Source of the DNA: Trichormus sp. ATA11-4-KO1
Lineage (GTDB): Bacteria; Cyanobacteriota; Cyanobacteriia; Cyanobacteriales; Nostocaceae
DNA length: 64,000 nucleotides
Direction: 5' to 3'
Assembly: GCA_019358915.1 (NCBI GenBank)
Contig: JAHHIM010000023.1
Coordinates: forward strand, 12,317-76,316
Position numbers and translations under genes: made by a program. Positions 1 through 9,936 of the stretch are shown one piece after another. Numbering within the stretch: the first letter of the stretch is position 1; every line of letters starts with the position of its first letter. The notes beneath the pieces were generated by a model. It saw only the letters and a program-made list of their open reading frames with translations, searched no databases and had not been told where the DNA came from.

Positions 1-291
1 ACGGGTGCAGATTTAGTTTTGCTAGATGGAGCAAAACTCATTGGTAGCGCCCAACTGCGACGAGGGGAGGCAATTTTACAACATGGTTCTATGCGTTTAC
101 AACCGGATGCTGCCCTGTTTGCTCAAGTTTTCAATACAGAATCTTTGACAACTGCGCTAATACCTCAAAACCTAAGTTTAGAAAAAATTATTGCAGCTTT
201 AATTGCAGCTGCTTGTGATTGTTTTGTGATGCAGATAGAGGTACAACCTCTCTCTCAATTTGAATGGGAAGCAATATTAGCAAAACTTTAG
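1..291 (+). CDS. Lipoate-protein ligase A family protein, 5'-truncated by the window edge
   Basis: Frame open from base 1; GAKLIGSAQLRRGEAILQHGS is the KxxGSAQ...LQHGS motif of LplA/LipM-like ligases. Confidence 0.85.
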   Translation, partial: TGADLVLLDGAKLIGSAQLRRGEAILQHGSMRLQPDAALFAQVFNTESLTTALIPQNLSLEKIIAALIAAACDCFVMQIEVQPLSQFEWEAILAKL

Positions 292-404
292 CGGTTGCGC
301 CCCAACCGTTAACTAGAGCAGCAGATGAAATAATCTTCCTATAAAACGGGAAAACTATGGTTACCCCCGCATGGGGGAATTTGATGTAAGTCCCCAATAG
401 GAAA

Positions 405-1016
405 ATGCTCCAAAAATCTCTATTTAATCGTTTAATTTGGCCTTTTTTTCTAGTTCCCTGGCTATACGTGGGCATGTTGTTTGATTCAAAGGCTGATGCG
501 TTACCAGGGCAAAGCACAGAAGAAGTAACTACTTGGATGAAAGCACATCCGACATTACGCCCTAGGGCTGGGGAAAAATTGTATGTGCAAAAGAGTGATA
601 CAGCTGCCCAGCGATTCACGTTTCAAGCTTCGGTGTTAGCTCCTGGTAAGGTGACATTTACTAAAGACCGCAGCCAGATTCGTAGTGAGCGCCTGACTAT
701 GTATGATGCCATTAATGGCATGAGTTTTCAACGTCTGCAAGAATCCCTGCGGGTGATTTATGGCTTAGATATTTATCAAGACTTTAATCGCGCTCAAGTA
801 GTATACGAGTATCCTAATCAGAGTGCCATTAACTCGGCTCGTATGGCTAGAACTCCCATTAGGGAAGCTTTACAGGGAGAATTGCGTGTAGGCGATCGCT
901 ATGCCTATTGGCTGGAAATTGCCCAACCACAAGGAGGCAAAGCTTTTACAGGTCAAATGACGATTTTACTCAAAGGTGACCTAGATAAGTTGGAATCTGA
1001 ATTGCGGACTCGCTAA
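405..1016 (+). CDS. Conserved cyanobacterial hypothetical exported protein
   Basis: 203-aa ORF with signal-peptide-like N-terminus ending ADA-LPGQS. Confidence 0.75.
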   Translation: MLQKSLFNRLIWPFFLVPWLYVGMLFDSKADALPGQSTEEVTTWMKAHPTLRPRAGEKLYVQKSDTAAQRFTFQASVLAPGKVTFTKDRSQIRSERLTMYDAINGMSFQRLQESLRVIYGLDIYQDFNRAQVVYEYPNQSAINSARMARTPIREALQGELRVGDRYAYWLEIAQPQGGKAFTGQMTILLKGDLDKLESELRTR

Positions 1017-1068
1017 TAGTTGGCATTTACTGTGGGTTAGGCTGAACCTAGCGTGCGGCAAGTCGCTT

Positions 1069-1437
1069 CTATAATCCTCCTAAGCCAACTGGAGTTGGGG
1101 TTTGCCACACGCCAGAAAAGATGCTTTCTGTTGCTAGGGAAATTCTCAGTAAATCTTCTTTCAGCAGAGGCGGCCAATCAACCCCAGCTTTGCGTCCCGC
1201 TACAAATATCTGTTGCGCCTTAACACCTAACTGATAAAGAGCAAAAGCTAATTCTCGGTCAAGATTGGGCGCTTCTTTCATGGATTCAAACACAACTTTC
1301 AACGCTAACAAAATTGAGGTAATCTGACCGGGTATCGGTGGTTTTCCCAGTTTCATCCGCATTAATAAGGCATCTGGGTTGTCCTCAGTTGTTAGTGTCT
1401 GGGCTACCAGGAGTTTGCGAGCTGTTTCGTAATTCAT
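1069..1437 (-). CDS. Conserved cyanobacterial hypothetical protein
   Basis: 122-aa ORF with ATG start; GKPPIPGQITSILLALKVVF segment familiar from cyanobacterial proteins. Confidence 0.75.
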   Translation of the reverse strand: MNYETARKLLVAQTLTTEDNPDALLMRMKLGKPPIPGQITSILLALKVVFESMKEAPNLDRELAFALYQLGVKAQQIFVAGRKAGVDWPPLLKEDLLRISLATESIFSGVWQTPTPVGLGGL

Positions 1438-1488
1438 GTATCCAGCTTATCTTAGTTGTTAGCACAGCAAGAGTACCTGACTTGAAAA

Positions 1489-1648
1489 AGTGCTGAGTGC
1501 TGTAGACGCTGCTGCGGCTTCCTGCAGGGTGGAGCCACTGACGGGTACGTAGGGGTCTTCCCCGCCGCAGGATGCACGCAGCGCTGTAGTGGAGCATGTG
1601 GTGTTGCTGAGTAAAATATACTAGTTTCTAGTCCCTAGTTTCTAGCCT
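1489..1648. repeat. TGCTGAG heptamer array interrupted by GC-rich small dispersed repeats, followed by CTAGTTT/CTAGTCC heptamers
   Basis: gtgctgagtgctg...[GC-rich ~100 bp]...tgctgagt, then ctagtttctagtccctagtttctag. Confidence 0.6.
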
Positions 1649-1715
1649 CTTTTTCATTTGTTCTGGTGTACACAGTTCATGACGGCTACATACAAATTAC
1701 TATGAGGATGTCACT

Positions 1716-3239
1716 TTAATTTCTATGCCTAGATTTTGCTTCTATTTGTCTCACAACTGTTAACGCTGAATAACTTACCCCAGCTGTACCTTCTCCTGGA
1801 TGGGTTGAATCACCAACTAACCACAGCTGATTGATTGGTGTGCGATTGGCAAAACCAAAAGGGCCAAAGGTAGGTATTCTTTGACCAATACCGCCAACTA
1901 TACCGCGATCGCGGGCTGTGTAATGAGCAAAGGTACGAGGTGTTGCTGCTTCTAGATGCATGATTGTTTCTGGCTTTAGATAAAAGTATTGCGAAAGACG
2001 AGCGATCGCCTGTTGTGTATACTTGTGTTTGAGCCATTGATAATCTTGATGCCACCACGGTGTCGGATCGACAAAAGAAGAAGCAATAACTGTCGCTTTC
2101 CCATCTGGTGCGCGTCCGTCTCCCGGATGGCTGACGGAAACAAACAGAGAATTGTTCTCGCCAACGGGGCCGTTGGCATCATACATAAATTGCAGGTGGG
2201 GCGGACACTCAAGCGGGATGGCACTGGCATCTACGCCTAAATAAATAACAAATGCACCTGACGCTGGGGGTAATTTTTTTACACGGTTTTTATACCCAGA
2301 TGGTGCCTTTTCACCTAACAATTGCACTAAGTTTTGCACAGTGACGTTAGCAACTACATGATCTACGGCTTCTGTCCAGACTTCCCCTGTTTTTTGGTTT
2401 CTAATAACTACAGCACTGGCTTGATTATTTTCTACCTGGATATGTTCTACGGTATGGCGCATGAATAACTTACCGCAGTCTCTTTCTAAAGCTTGTACCA
2501 GGCGATCGCTTAGTACCTGCATACTACCTTGGAGATGAAATAATCCTTGAGGTAATTGGGATACACTCAAGGCGGTGGCTGCATAAAGTAAAGCTGTTTC
2601 CTCGGCGTTAACTTGGGAATAAAGCTTTAATTGTAAATCCAAAAATGTTCTTAGGCGATGATCATTACCCAGTCCGTAGAACCTCAAAGCATCTCCGACA
2701 GTAAATAAGGTATAGGGTACGGTAATTAATGTACTAGGGCGCACCGCCTGAGTTAGCTGCCATAAATCCCACAAATTACGTGGTGGTAGCACCGGATCAC
2801 GTCCTTGGAATTCCCAACTAGCCTCAAATAACACCGCCATCATCTGCCAAAAAGGTTCGCTACCAGGAAATTGTTTTTGGCGTTCCTCTCGCCATTTCTT
2901 GGGGTCGCGCCAGACATTAATTGGTGTACTTTCTCCAGGTAAATACACAGCACAAGCCGGATCACAAGGCGTGGCCTCTGGTAAATTTATGGCTAATTCT
3001 GAAAATATCCGGTGATGAATTCCTCCTGGTTCCAATCCAGCGACCTGAGTCGCACCGACATCAAAGGTAAATCCTCGACGTTTAAATGTAGAAGCACAAC
3101 CCCCCGGAACCAGGGCTTGATCTAGAACTAAAACGCTGTAACCTCGATGGGCTAATAATGCCGCAGCCGTCAGTCCACCTATCCCCGCACCAATTACAGC
3201 GACACGGGATTTGGTTTTGTCAATAGAAATATGAGACAT
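1716..3239 (-). CDS. crtD: Carotenoid C-3',4' desaturase CrtD (myxoxanthophyll pathway)
   Basis: GAGIGG FAD fold, FDVGATQVAGLEPGGIH, C-terminal GDSTHPGEGTAGVSYSA. Confidence 0.9.
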   Translation of the reverse strand: MSHISIDKTKSRVAVIGAGIGGLTAAALLAHRGYSVLVLDQALVPGGCASTFKRRGFTFDVGATQVAGLEPGGIHHRIFSELAINLPEATPCDPACAVYLPGESTPINVWRDPKKWREERQKQFPGSEPFWQMMAVLFEASWEFQGRDPVLPPRNLWDLWQLTQAVRPSTLITVPYTLFTVGDALRFYGLGNDHRLRTFLDLQLKLYSQVNAEETALLYAATALSVSQLPQGLFHLQGSMQVLSDRLVQALERDCGKLFMRHTVEHIQVENNQASAVVIRNQKTGEVWTEAVDHVVANVTVQNLVQLLGEKAPSGYKNRVKKLPPASGAFVIYLGVDASAIPLECPPHLQFMYDANGPVGENNSLFVSVSHPGDGRAPDGKATVIASSFVDPTPWWHQDYQWLKHKYTQQAIARLSQYFYLKPETIMHLEAATPRTFAHYTARDRGIVGGIGQRIPTFGPFGFANRTPINQLWLVGDSTHPGEGTAGVSYSALTVVRQIEAKSRHRN

Positions 3240-3333
3240 TAATATTTATCTTTACATATGCCTAATGTAAATTAAAAATAGAAGTAGCGGCAGTCAGAAG
3301 ATAAAATTTACTAGCAATTCATTTAGCTGAACT

Positions 3334-3594
3334 ATGGCCAAGCCAAACGTTCCACTCACACAAGACGCACTGATAAAAGAAGTCTGTCGCCGGATTCGAG
3401 TAGCTCGCAGCTATTGGGATGCCCACAATAATGGTGCCTGTCGCCATGAACGCGATCGCGCCTTAGCCCTTTACAATACACTGACTAAGGAACAAAAACA
3501 GCAGATTCCGCAAGCGTTGCGGGTATGGCTGCGCTATCGTAGTGAGAAATACTTTGGCGCACACCGAACACCGCCCAAGTCGGCACGCAAATAA
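3334..3594 (+). CDS. Small conserved hypothetical protein
   Basis: 86-aa ORF with RSYWDAHNN...LRVWLRYRSEKYFG. Confidence 0.7.
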   Translation: MAKPNVPLTQDALIKEVCRRIRVARSYWDAHNNGACRHERDRALALYNTLTKEQKQQIPQALRVWLRYRSEKYFGAHRTPPKSARK

Positions 3595-3811
3595 TTAAAT
3601 AATTGATATGCTACGTGATCGCAGTGCACAAGCTAGGCGATCGCCCTAAAGCAATTCTCCCAAACGCTGTTTCAACTGTTGTCTGAATCAATCTCCGTTG
3701 ACTTGAGTATGATGTCCAAAGTTAAGAGCGCAGGGCTATTAAAACGTATTTCTGCACAAGCCTAATCACTCAAAGAAAGCTTTTTTACATAACTAAATCC
3801 TGAAATTGTGA

Positions 3812-4045
3812 CTGTGGCAAACCTTTGAAAATCGCTTCAGTTGGTTTCGGTTGCAGTCTGAAGAATTTGTTCTCATCGAGCCAGATGAGTCAGGTGTAAT
3901 TCGCAGTAGCACTTTTCCAGAGCTGTGGCTAGCGGTGACGGCTTTGTTAGAAGGCAGAATGAGCGATGTGTTGAATACTCTGCAAACAGGGCTGACATCA
4001 CCTGAGCATCAAGCCTTTGTGCAGAAACTGGCCGAGCGTCGCTGA
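3812..4045 (+). pseudogene. 3' fragment of a Uma2-family (PDDEXK) endonuclease
   Basis: LWQTFENRFSWFRLQ...GVIRSSTFPELWL...HQAFVQKL is the Uma2 C-terminus; in-frame TGA directly upstream, N-terminus absent. Confidence 0.75.
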
Positions 4046-4200
4046 TGTGGGGCAATAGCAAACTAGGACTAGGATTGACCTAATTATTTTGCTGATGTGA
4101 ATACTGGTTGTGCAGTTAAACGCTGAGATAGAAACTGCTGTACTCTTAGCATTTCATCTGCCGCGATCGCTGGATAGGAAAGCATCTCTATTTCACTTGC

Positions 4201-4449
4201 GATCAATCAATTTTAATAGTTGTTGCAGTAGATGTTGTGGTGTCACAAGAAAGTTCGATTATTGCCCGATTTGGTATCACTAATACTATTAGATAATTAG
4301 CACTATTCTCATTATTAACTTTACTAATTTGGACTTTAGAATCACTATCTGAATTTATTTATGATCGCCTGTGGCGTAATCTTGCCCAAACTATACAGAA
4401 TGAGTTACGTCTTGATGCTTATAGTCACTTACAAGAACTTTACTATTAA
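4201..4449 (+). pseudogene. Internal fragment of an ABC exporter transmembrane domain with an internal stop
   Basis: Manual translation VAVDVVVSQESSIIARFG...[17 protein letters not shown]...[27 protein letters not shown] at 4294-4296. Confidence 0.7.
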
Positions 4450-4517
4450 GATTGCTTGTTTTTGGCAACACAACCATCAAAATAAAGACAGTTGCCCAGG
4501 CGATACAGTCAACTGGC

Positions 4518-5180
4518 TTACAATAATCCCCGATAATGAATAAAAACCAAAATCACTGCCCACGACCCCAACGCAACTTTGACTGCAACTAAAATATTCA
4601 GCAAGGGGATCACCCCGCCACTAACCAGTGCGCCCAATGCTCCGTGGGGTAACTCCACTCCAGCCAGAGTTATCACCGCCAGTACAATAAAAATCAGTAC
4701 CGAAACTTTCTCCCACTTAGCAGCGTGCCAACGCTGGTAAATCTCTTGCATCCACTCAGGTGATGAGGTAATCGCCACCAGACCGATCGCCGTACCGCCC
4801 GCCACCCCGGCAGCAAAGCCACCGCCAGGACTCAAATGCCCCCGAATCGCTAGTTCAATACCCACTAAAGAGGCAATAGTTGCTCCCAGACGCGCCAAGA
4901 TAATTGATGGTTCATCTGTAAACTGATAGATGGCGCAGAACAGTCTTTCATCAGCCAGCAAAAAACGGGCACCCATGACTGCGATCGTAAATACTACCAC
5001 CTCAAAGATAGTGTCATACAGCCGATTCCTGAGAATGATACCTGTAACCGCATTGGGTATTCCACTATCTTGTACAACCGATGCGACGATAGAGATATCC
5101 CCTAAGTCCGATGCTTGATTGGGCATGATCAGCAATATGAAGTACAGCGCTATTCCTGCTGCAATATAGACCCATTTCAT
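4518..5180 (-). CDS. mnhB: Mrp/Mnh Na+/H+ antiporter subunit B
   Basis: PNAVTGIILRNRLYDTIFE and RGHLSPGGGFAAG motifs; operon context. Confidence 0.9.
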   Translation of the reverse strand: MKWVYIAAGIALYFILLIMPNQASDLGDISIVASVVQDSGIPNAVTGIILRNRLYDTIFEVVVFTIAVMGARFLLADERLFCAIYQFTDEPSIILARLGATIASLVGIELAIRGHLSPGGGFAAGVAGGTAIGLVAITSSPEWMQEIYQRWHAAKWEKVSVLIFIVLAVITLAGVELPHGALGALVSGGVIPLLNILVAVKVALGSWAVILVFIHYRGLL

Positions 5181-5746
5181 CGCTGTTTCTCCTCTGATGG
5201 TGTATTTACGTAGGTCAAGATTGTCACTGGTGACGAAAGCTCGGCTTGCATGATGTCATAGAGGCGTTGAACTCTGGTCGCAGTGTGATAGAGTTGCGCC
5301 TGGTCTGGCGGTGGGTGTAGCGATCGCCTGCTACAGATTGTGTGGACTTCTTTGTCCATCAATGCTCGGTGCAAGGCCTGCATATTCGTATACGGAACTA
5401 GCTCAAGACGCACATAGTGTTTGCCAAAAATTGTGCGTAATTCATCCATCAATTGCCCAAATTGAGCATCTTCATCTGCCTCGCTCGACTCGTCTTTGAT
5501 CACGCCAAGACGCATTACGAGCGATGAACGCACCGCGATCGCATACAGTGTAACTGCCAGCAGGGTACCCATCAATGCTTGGGTCAAAGCCACATCCGCC
5601 GCCCCCAAAACCGCAAATACCAATGCTGCCACAGCTCCCAGTATTCCCTGAATTACTAAGGCATTGTATGGATTAACTTGAAGTACCAGCATGAACGCAG
5701 ATAACGGCAGCAGAGCGGTGATGACATAGATATAACTATCATTCAT
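5177..5746 (-). CDS. DUF4040 (MnhB N-terminal-like) Mrp subunit
   Basis: GAADVALTQALMG motif; probable start MNDSYIY at 5746 overlaps the mnhG stop. Confidence 0.85.
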   Translation of the reverse strand: MNDSYIYVITALLPLSAFMLVLQVNPYNALVIQGILGAVAALVFAVLGAADVALTQALMGTLLAVTLYAIAVRSSLVMRLGVIKDESSEADEDAQFGQLMDELRTIFGKHYVRLELVPYTNMQALHRALMDKEVHTICSRRSLHPPPDQAQLYHTATRVQRLYDIMQAELSSPVTILTYVNTPSEEKQR

Positions 5747-6017
5747 GGTCACCCTCACTGCTAGAACAGTACGCCAACACATATCCCAGCACTGTATTCC
5801 AGATTGCCAAGGAGATGATGCTGAGGATAAGTAGAGGCCATTCACTGGGTATCTTCAGGAGTAGCCCAACAATGATACTCATTGAGCCGAGGGTATCTGC
5901 AACCGAAAGACTATGCAGCTTGAATAATACTGAGCGATTGCCCACCAGAGGCAAGGTTCCCCAAAACCAAAAGACGATGCCTACACCTATGCAGGTATAA
6001 CTAAACAGGTCGGTCAT
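5739..6017 (-). CDS. mnhG: Mrp/Mnh subunit G
   Basis: KLHSLSVADTLG motif, three hydrophobic segments. Confidence 0.88.
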   Translation of the reverse strand: MTDLFSYTCIGVGIVFWFWGTLPLVGNRSVLFKLHSLSVADTLGSMSIIVGLLLKIPSEWPLLILSIISLAIWNTVLGYVLAYCSSSEGDHE

Positions 6018-6264
6018 AATTAATCATGCGTTTAAGTAGATGTGCTAACAACATTAGTCCGGCATTACCCACACTCAGGATAATTACCCCGACAACACCG
6101 ATCATCCAATCATCCCGTAAGACGGATACGACCAGGATCATAATTGATGTCTTGGTGGCAATACTGGCAAACGCCAACATTTTTTGCCAAATATCATCAT
6201 CCTGCCAGGCTTCATAAATGGGTATGAGTAAGGCCAAAATCATTGCAATCAGTACCAGGTTCAC
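6001..6264 (-). CDS. mnhF: Mrp/Mnh subunit F
   Basis: 87-aa hydrophobic protein between mnhE and mnhG. Confidence 0.75.
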   Translation of the reverse strand: MNLVLIAMILALLIPIYEAWQDDDIWQKMLAFASIATKTSIMILVVSVLRDDWMIGVVGVIILSVGNAGLMLLAHLLKRMINYDRPV

Positions 6265-6650
6265 GCCTTTTTTCTCCGTTTAATCTGGTGTACTTCGTAC
6301 CAGCCATGTTTGTGGTATTTCAAGACGATGGTCTTGGGTGTAAAGGTGATCAGAAATATATCCAGAAAAATGAGTCCGGGTGTTCGTTGGGGTTTGATTC
6401 GTTTCATGATCACATCTTCGTGGTTATGGGGACGGAAGATGATTTCAAATGCCTCAATATATGCCTGGGGAATCGCCACTATCACCTCACCCAGCACACG
6501 CAGCCAATCCCTTAAGGCTTCCGGGACTTTTTGACGACCTGGCAATAAAAGTGCAACGCTAACACCGATAATGATGTTTGCCAGACTCACATCAGAGGTG
6601 AGTAAAAACCAGATAGTTAGTCGCAATATTAAATTTAAGTGCCCAATCAT
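6261..6650 (-). CDS. mnhE: Mrp/Mnh subunit E
   Basis: IWFLLT...ITFTPKT motif. Confidence 0.88.
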   Translation of the reverse strand: MIGHLNLILRLTIWFLLTSDVSLANIIIGVSVALLLPGRQKVPEALRDWLRVLGEVIVAIPQAYIEAFEIIFRPHNHEDVIMKRIKPQRTPGLIFLDIFLITFTPKTIVLKYHKHGWYEVHQIKRRKKA

Positions 6651-8080
6651 GCCAATACCATCCCCAAGAGTAGAAGCAACATCAGACTCATTACACCGAT
6701 TAGATGCTCAAATTGCTCAAGGACACGTGGTAGTTTGAGTGCGGAGCGTCGAAAAATCAAAAAATATGCTAACCATCCAAGACCGATAGTTGCCAATGGT
6801 TTCATAATATTGGCAACGGTATATGCCTCGTAATACACAACATTTGCCGCTATTAGCCCAGCAAGCAAAAGTATCACCGCAGGCCAAAAACCGGGTTTTA
6901 CATCCTCTTTTGGTTCATTCCCATGTGCCAGAAATATGAATTTGGCAAAAGATATTGCTGTTCCTAAAGCTGCAAGGTTCATAGCGATCACTTGCCAAGG
7001 CAGCAGATTTTTCGTTGTCAACACCTTCGCCCCAAAGCCGGATAATAGTGGAAAGCCCGATATGGAAAAGCTGGTCATGACTAGAGCAACCCAGATTGAG
7101 GTATTGATCGGCTTCTGTTGCAACTCCTTGAAGTTTCGGCTCGGTAAGTTACCTGCTATCAGGAAAAGCGCCGATTTGACTAGGCCGTGCGTCAGCGCAT
7201 AAAAGCCACCCACGATTGGGGCGGCGAGGATAAAGCCTAACTGCGAAACTGTGTGGAACGCCAGCATCCGCTTGGTATCCTTTTCAAAGACGGCATAGAC
7301 TACTCCCAGCAGCGCTGTCCCCACCCCAAATATCCTGACGATGGGATCAATTTCCTCTACCATCAAAGCACAGCGCACCAACGGAAAGACACCAGTTTTG
7401 ACTACAACTCCTGATAGCAATGCTGACACTGGCGTTTCTGATTCGGAGTGGGTCAACGGTAGCCATAATCCCGATACGAAAATTCCCCCTTTTGTCAAGA
7501 GTCCCACAAAAATGAGAGCGATCGCCTCGGTTGGTGCTTGACTTAACCCGGCAAAAGCAAAAGAATGATTCGCCTGATAGACTAACACTGCGCCAATCAG
7601 ATAAAACAGCATGGCCGTATTGCTGACAAACAGATAGCGCAAAGCCACCCAAATCGAGCGATCGGTTCGGGGATAGGCAATCAAGAGAAATGCCGCAATA
7701 CCGATTACTTCTAATGCCACGTATAAACTGATGAAATCCGCACAGATAAACGCGGCATTGACGCTACCATGCAAAATAATAGTCTGCGTATAAAAGAAAG
7801 CTGACTTATCAGTGTGCCAACAGTAGAGGATGACCGCCGCCGTTACCAGGGCATTTGTCAGTATAAAGTAGGCACTCAACTGATCTACCACTAATGTGAC
7901 GCCGAAATTATCTAGTAACTCCAGAGTCAGTGACGACTGGTTAAAAAATAGCTGTAACGCATATCCCACTGAAACAACGACTACGCCCAGTGCGAGGTAT
8001 CGGTCAAGTATGGGGAGTAGATAAATAACGAACCCCAAAAAAAACGGTAGTGCAATCCAGGTGATCGTCATGGTAATCAT
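6647..8080 (-). CDS. mnhD: Mrp/Mnh subunit D (antiporter-like large subunit)
   Basis: DFISLYVALE, KGGIF..GLWLPLTH, KRMLAFHTVSQLG motifs. Confidence 0.9.
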   Translation of the reverse strand: MITMTITWIALPFFLGFVIYLLPILDRYLALGVVVVSVGYALQLFFNQSSLTLELLDNFGVTLVVDQLSAYFILTNALVTAAVILYCWHTDKSAFFYTQTIILHGSVNAAFICADFISLYVALEVIGIAAFLLIAYPRTDRSIWVALRYLFVSNTAMLFYLIGAVLVYQANHSFAFAGLSQAPTEAIALIFVGLLTKGGIFVSGLWLPLTHSESETPVSALLSGVVVKTGVFPLVRCALMVEEIDPIVRIFGVGTALLGVVYAVFEKDTKRMLAFHTVSQLGFILAAPIVGGFYALTHGLVKSALFLIAGNLPSRNFKELQQKPINTSIWVALVMTSFSISGFPLLSGFGAKVLTTKNLLPWQVIAMNLAALGTAISFAKFIFLAHGNEPKEDVKPGFWPAVILLLAGLIAANVVYYEAYTVANIMKPLATIGLGWLAYFLIFRRSALKLPRVLEQFEHLIGVMSLMLLLLLGMVLA

Positions 8081-8412
8081 GGCGTATTGTTCTTTTCAAT
8101 CTCGTTGCTTTCCAAGGTGGGATTATCCCGTGCCAGTTTCATGACCCCGACCAGCATTAAAGCCTGAATCGAAAATCCGATCACAATTGCCGTCAATATC
8201 ACCGCCTGGGGAACAGGGTCGGCGTAAGCGCGATTTTCGACGTTGGCAACAATGGGTGTGAACAAGCCATCTCGTGATGCAATCAGCACGTAATAGGCGA
8301 TAACCCCCGTGCTCATGACATCCATAGAGATGATCTTCATCACCAGGTTCTTTTTCAAGATGATGCCGAAAAATCCGCACAATATTGTTGCGAAGATGCA
8401 CGCTTCTAACAC
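8077..8412 (-). CDS. mnhC: Mrp/Mnh subunit C
   Basis: ADPVPQAVILTAIVIG motif. Confidence 0.92.
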   Translation of the reverse strand: MLEACIFATILCGFFGIILKKNLVMKIISMDVMSTGVIAYYVLIASRDGLFTPIVANVENRAYADPVPQAVILTAIVIGFSIQALMLVGVMKLARDNPTLESNEIEKNNTP

Positions 8413-8446
8413 GGGAATTATCTGTTGGGTAGTGGGACAGAATTAG

Positions 8447-9835
8447 TTAGCCAATTAAATTGGCTTCCTCTACAGATTCTTTTTCTCCTGGCGATTGTTT
8501 AAATGCAAACCTTAAAAAAGGCGGTGCTAGGAAGGTTGTGAGAATCACCATAATAATTATTGCAGCTTGTAGAGGTTTATCAAGGGTACCACTAGCTGCA
8601 CCAATACCAGCAAACACTAGACCAACTTCACCTCGGGGAATCATCCCCACACCAATTGCTAAACGGTTAATTCCAGATTGACCAAAGACTGACCAACCAG
8701 TCACAATTTTACCGATAATCGCAATCACAATTAAGAAGGTGGCAATAATTAATCCCTCGCGATTCTCAGGAATGACGGGATTAAGAACACCTAAATCAAC
8801 TTTGGCTCCCACTGTGACGAAGAAAATCGGTACTAAAATATCAGCAATGGGTTTAACTTGTTGATCTAATTCTTTGCGCTTATCTGTTTCATCCAAAACT
8901 AAGCCAGCCGCAAATGCGCCTAAGATAGCTTCTAAATGAATGGCATTACCCAAAAATGCCATAAAAAAGGCAAAGATAAATGCTGGGATAATTAAATTTC
9001 CTCGTGTTTGCAATTTATTAGCAATGGCCACAAAACTCTGATTGAAATATTTGCCTAATAAAATTGAGCCAATGAGAAATACAGTGGCGCTAACAATCAG
9101 ATAAATCACGTTGAAAATATCAACTTCACCAGTTTTGGCCAGACTAGCTACTACTGCCAAGACGATGATGCCTAAAATATCATCAATGACTGCTGCACCA
9201 ACAATAATTTGCCCTTCACGAGATTTTAACTGCCCAATTTCTGATAAAACTTTAGAGGTAATTCCAATACTAGTAGCTGTCAGCGCTGCACCTGCAAAAA
9301 TGGCGGGAATGACTGGAACGTGAAAGAGCAACATCAATCCTGTGGTACCAGCTGCAAAAGGAACGGCTACCCCGACACAAGCTACAACAGTGGCTTGATA
9401 ACCGACTTTTGTTAGCTCTTTTAAATCCGATTCCAAGCCAATTTCAAATAAGAGAATGATCACACCCAATTCAGCCAGCACGGAAATGATTTCACTCTGG
9501 CTTTGAAAAATTGATGTTACTGCTGCGGGACTGATGTCGTTAATCAATTGCAGGATAGTCATAATGGTGGAGTCAGAAGCAGCTGCACCACTTTCAGGAA
9601 ACACAACCAAATTTAGTGCAGAAGCACCTACCACCACGCCACCAAGTAACTCACCTAAAACGGGAGGTAAGTCGATCATTCGAGACAATTCACCACCAAT
9701 TTTACTGGCCAGATAAATGACTACTAAACTAAGTAATACGCCAGCCAAGACAATAGGAGCATTTTCTGCTTCGTTTGTGGTTGCGAGTAAAGAATTTTGC
9801 CACACTAAGCTAACTATTGATTCTGAGAAAATCAT
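8447..9835 (-). CDS. nhaS3: CPA2 Na+/H+ antiporter, NhaS3-like
   Basis: LFEIGLES, ATSIGIT, GAAVIDD, GMIPRGEVGL motifs; follows bicA. Confidence 0.85.
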   Translation of the reverse strand: MIFSESIVSLVWQNSLLATTNEAENAPIVLAGVLLSLVVIYLASKIGGELSRMIDLPPVLGELLGGVVVGASALNLVVFPESGAAASDSTIMTILQLINDISPAAVTSIFQSQSEIISVLAELGVIILLFEIGLESDLKELTKVGYQATVVACVGVAVPFAAGTTGLMLLFHVPVIPAIFAGAALTATSIGITSKVLSEIGQLKSREGQIIVGAAVIDDILGIIVLAVVASLAKTGEVDIFNVIYLIVSATVFLIGSILLGKYFNQSFVAIANKLQTRGNLIIPAFIFAFFMAFLGNAIHLEAILGAFAAGLVLDETDKRKELDQQVKPIADILVPIFFVTVGAKVDLGVLNPVIPENREGLIIATFLIVIAIIGKIVTGWSVFGQSGINRLAIGVGMIPRGEVGLVFAGIGAASGTLDKPLQAAIIIMVILTTFLAPPFLRFAFKQSPGEKESVEEANLIG

Positions 9836-9936
9836 GTTATCTGTCTGTTGTGTTGATTAATTCTGTGGTGAGATTAAGTCCTGGGAGAAATACAAAAGTA
9901 ATCATGAAATGGTGGGTAGTTGCCTACCCTGCTTAA

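Noticed and set aside
4361..4543. 60-aa ORF in the track
   Set aside because: Wrong frame; the coding signal is the ABC-exporter fragment in another frame.
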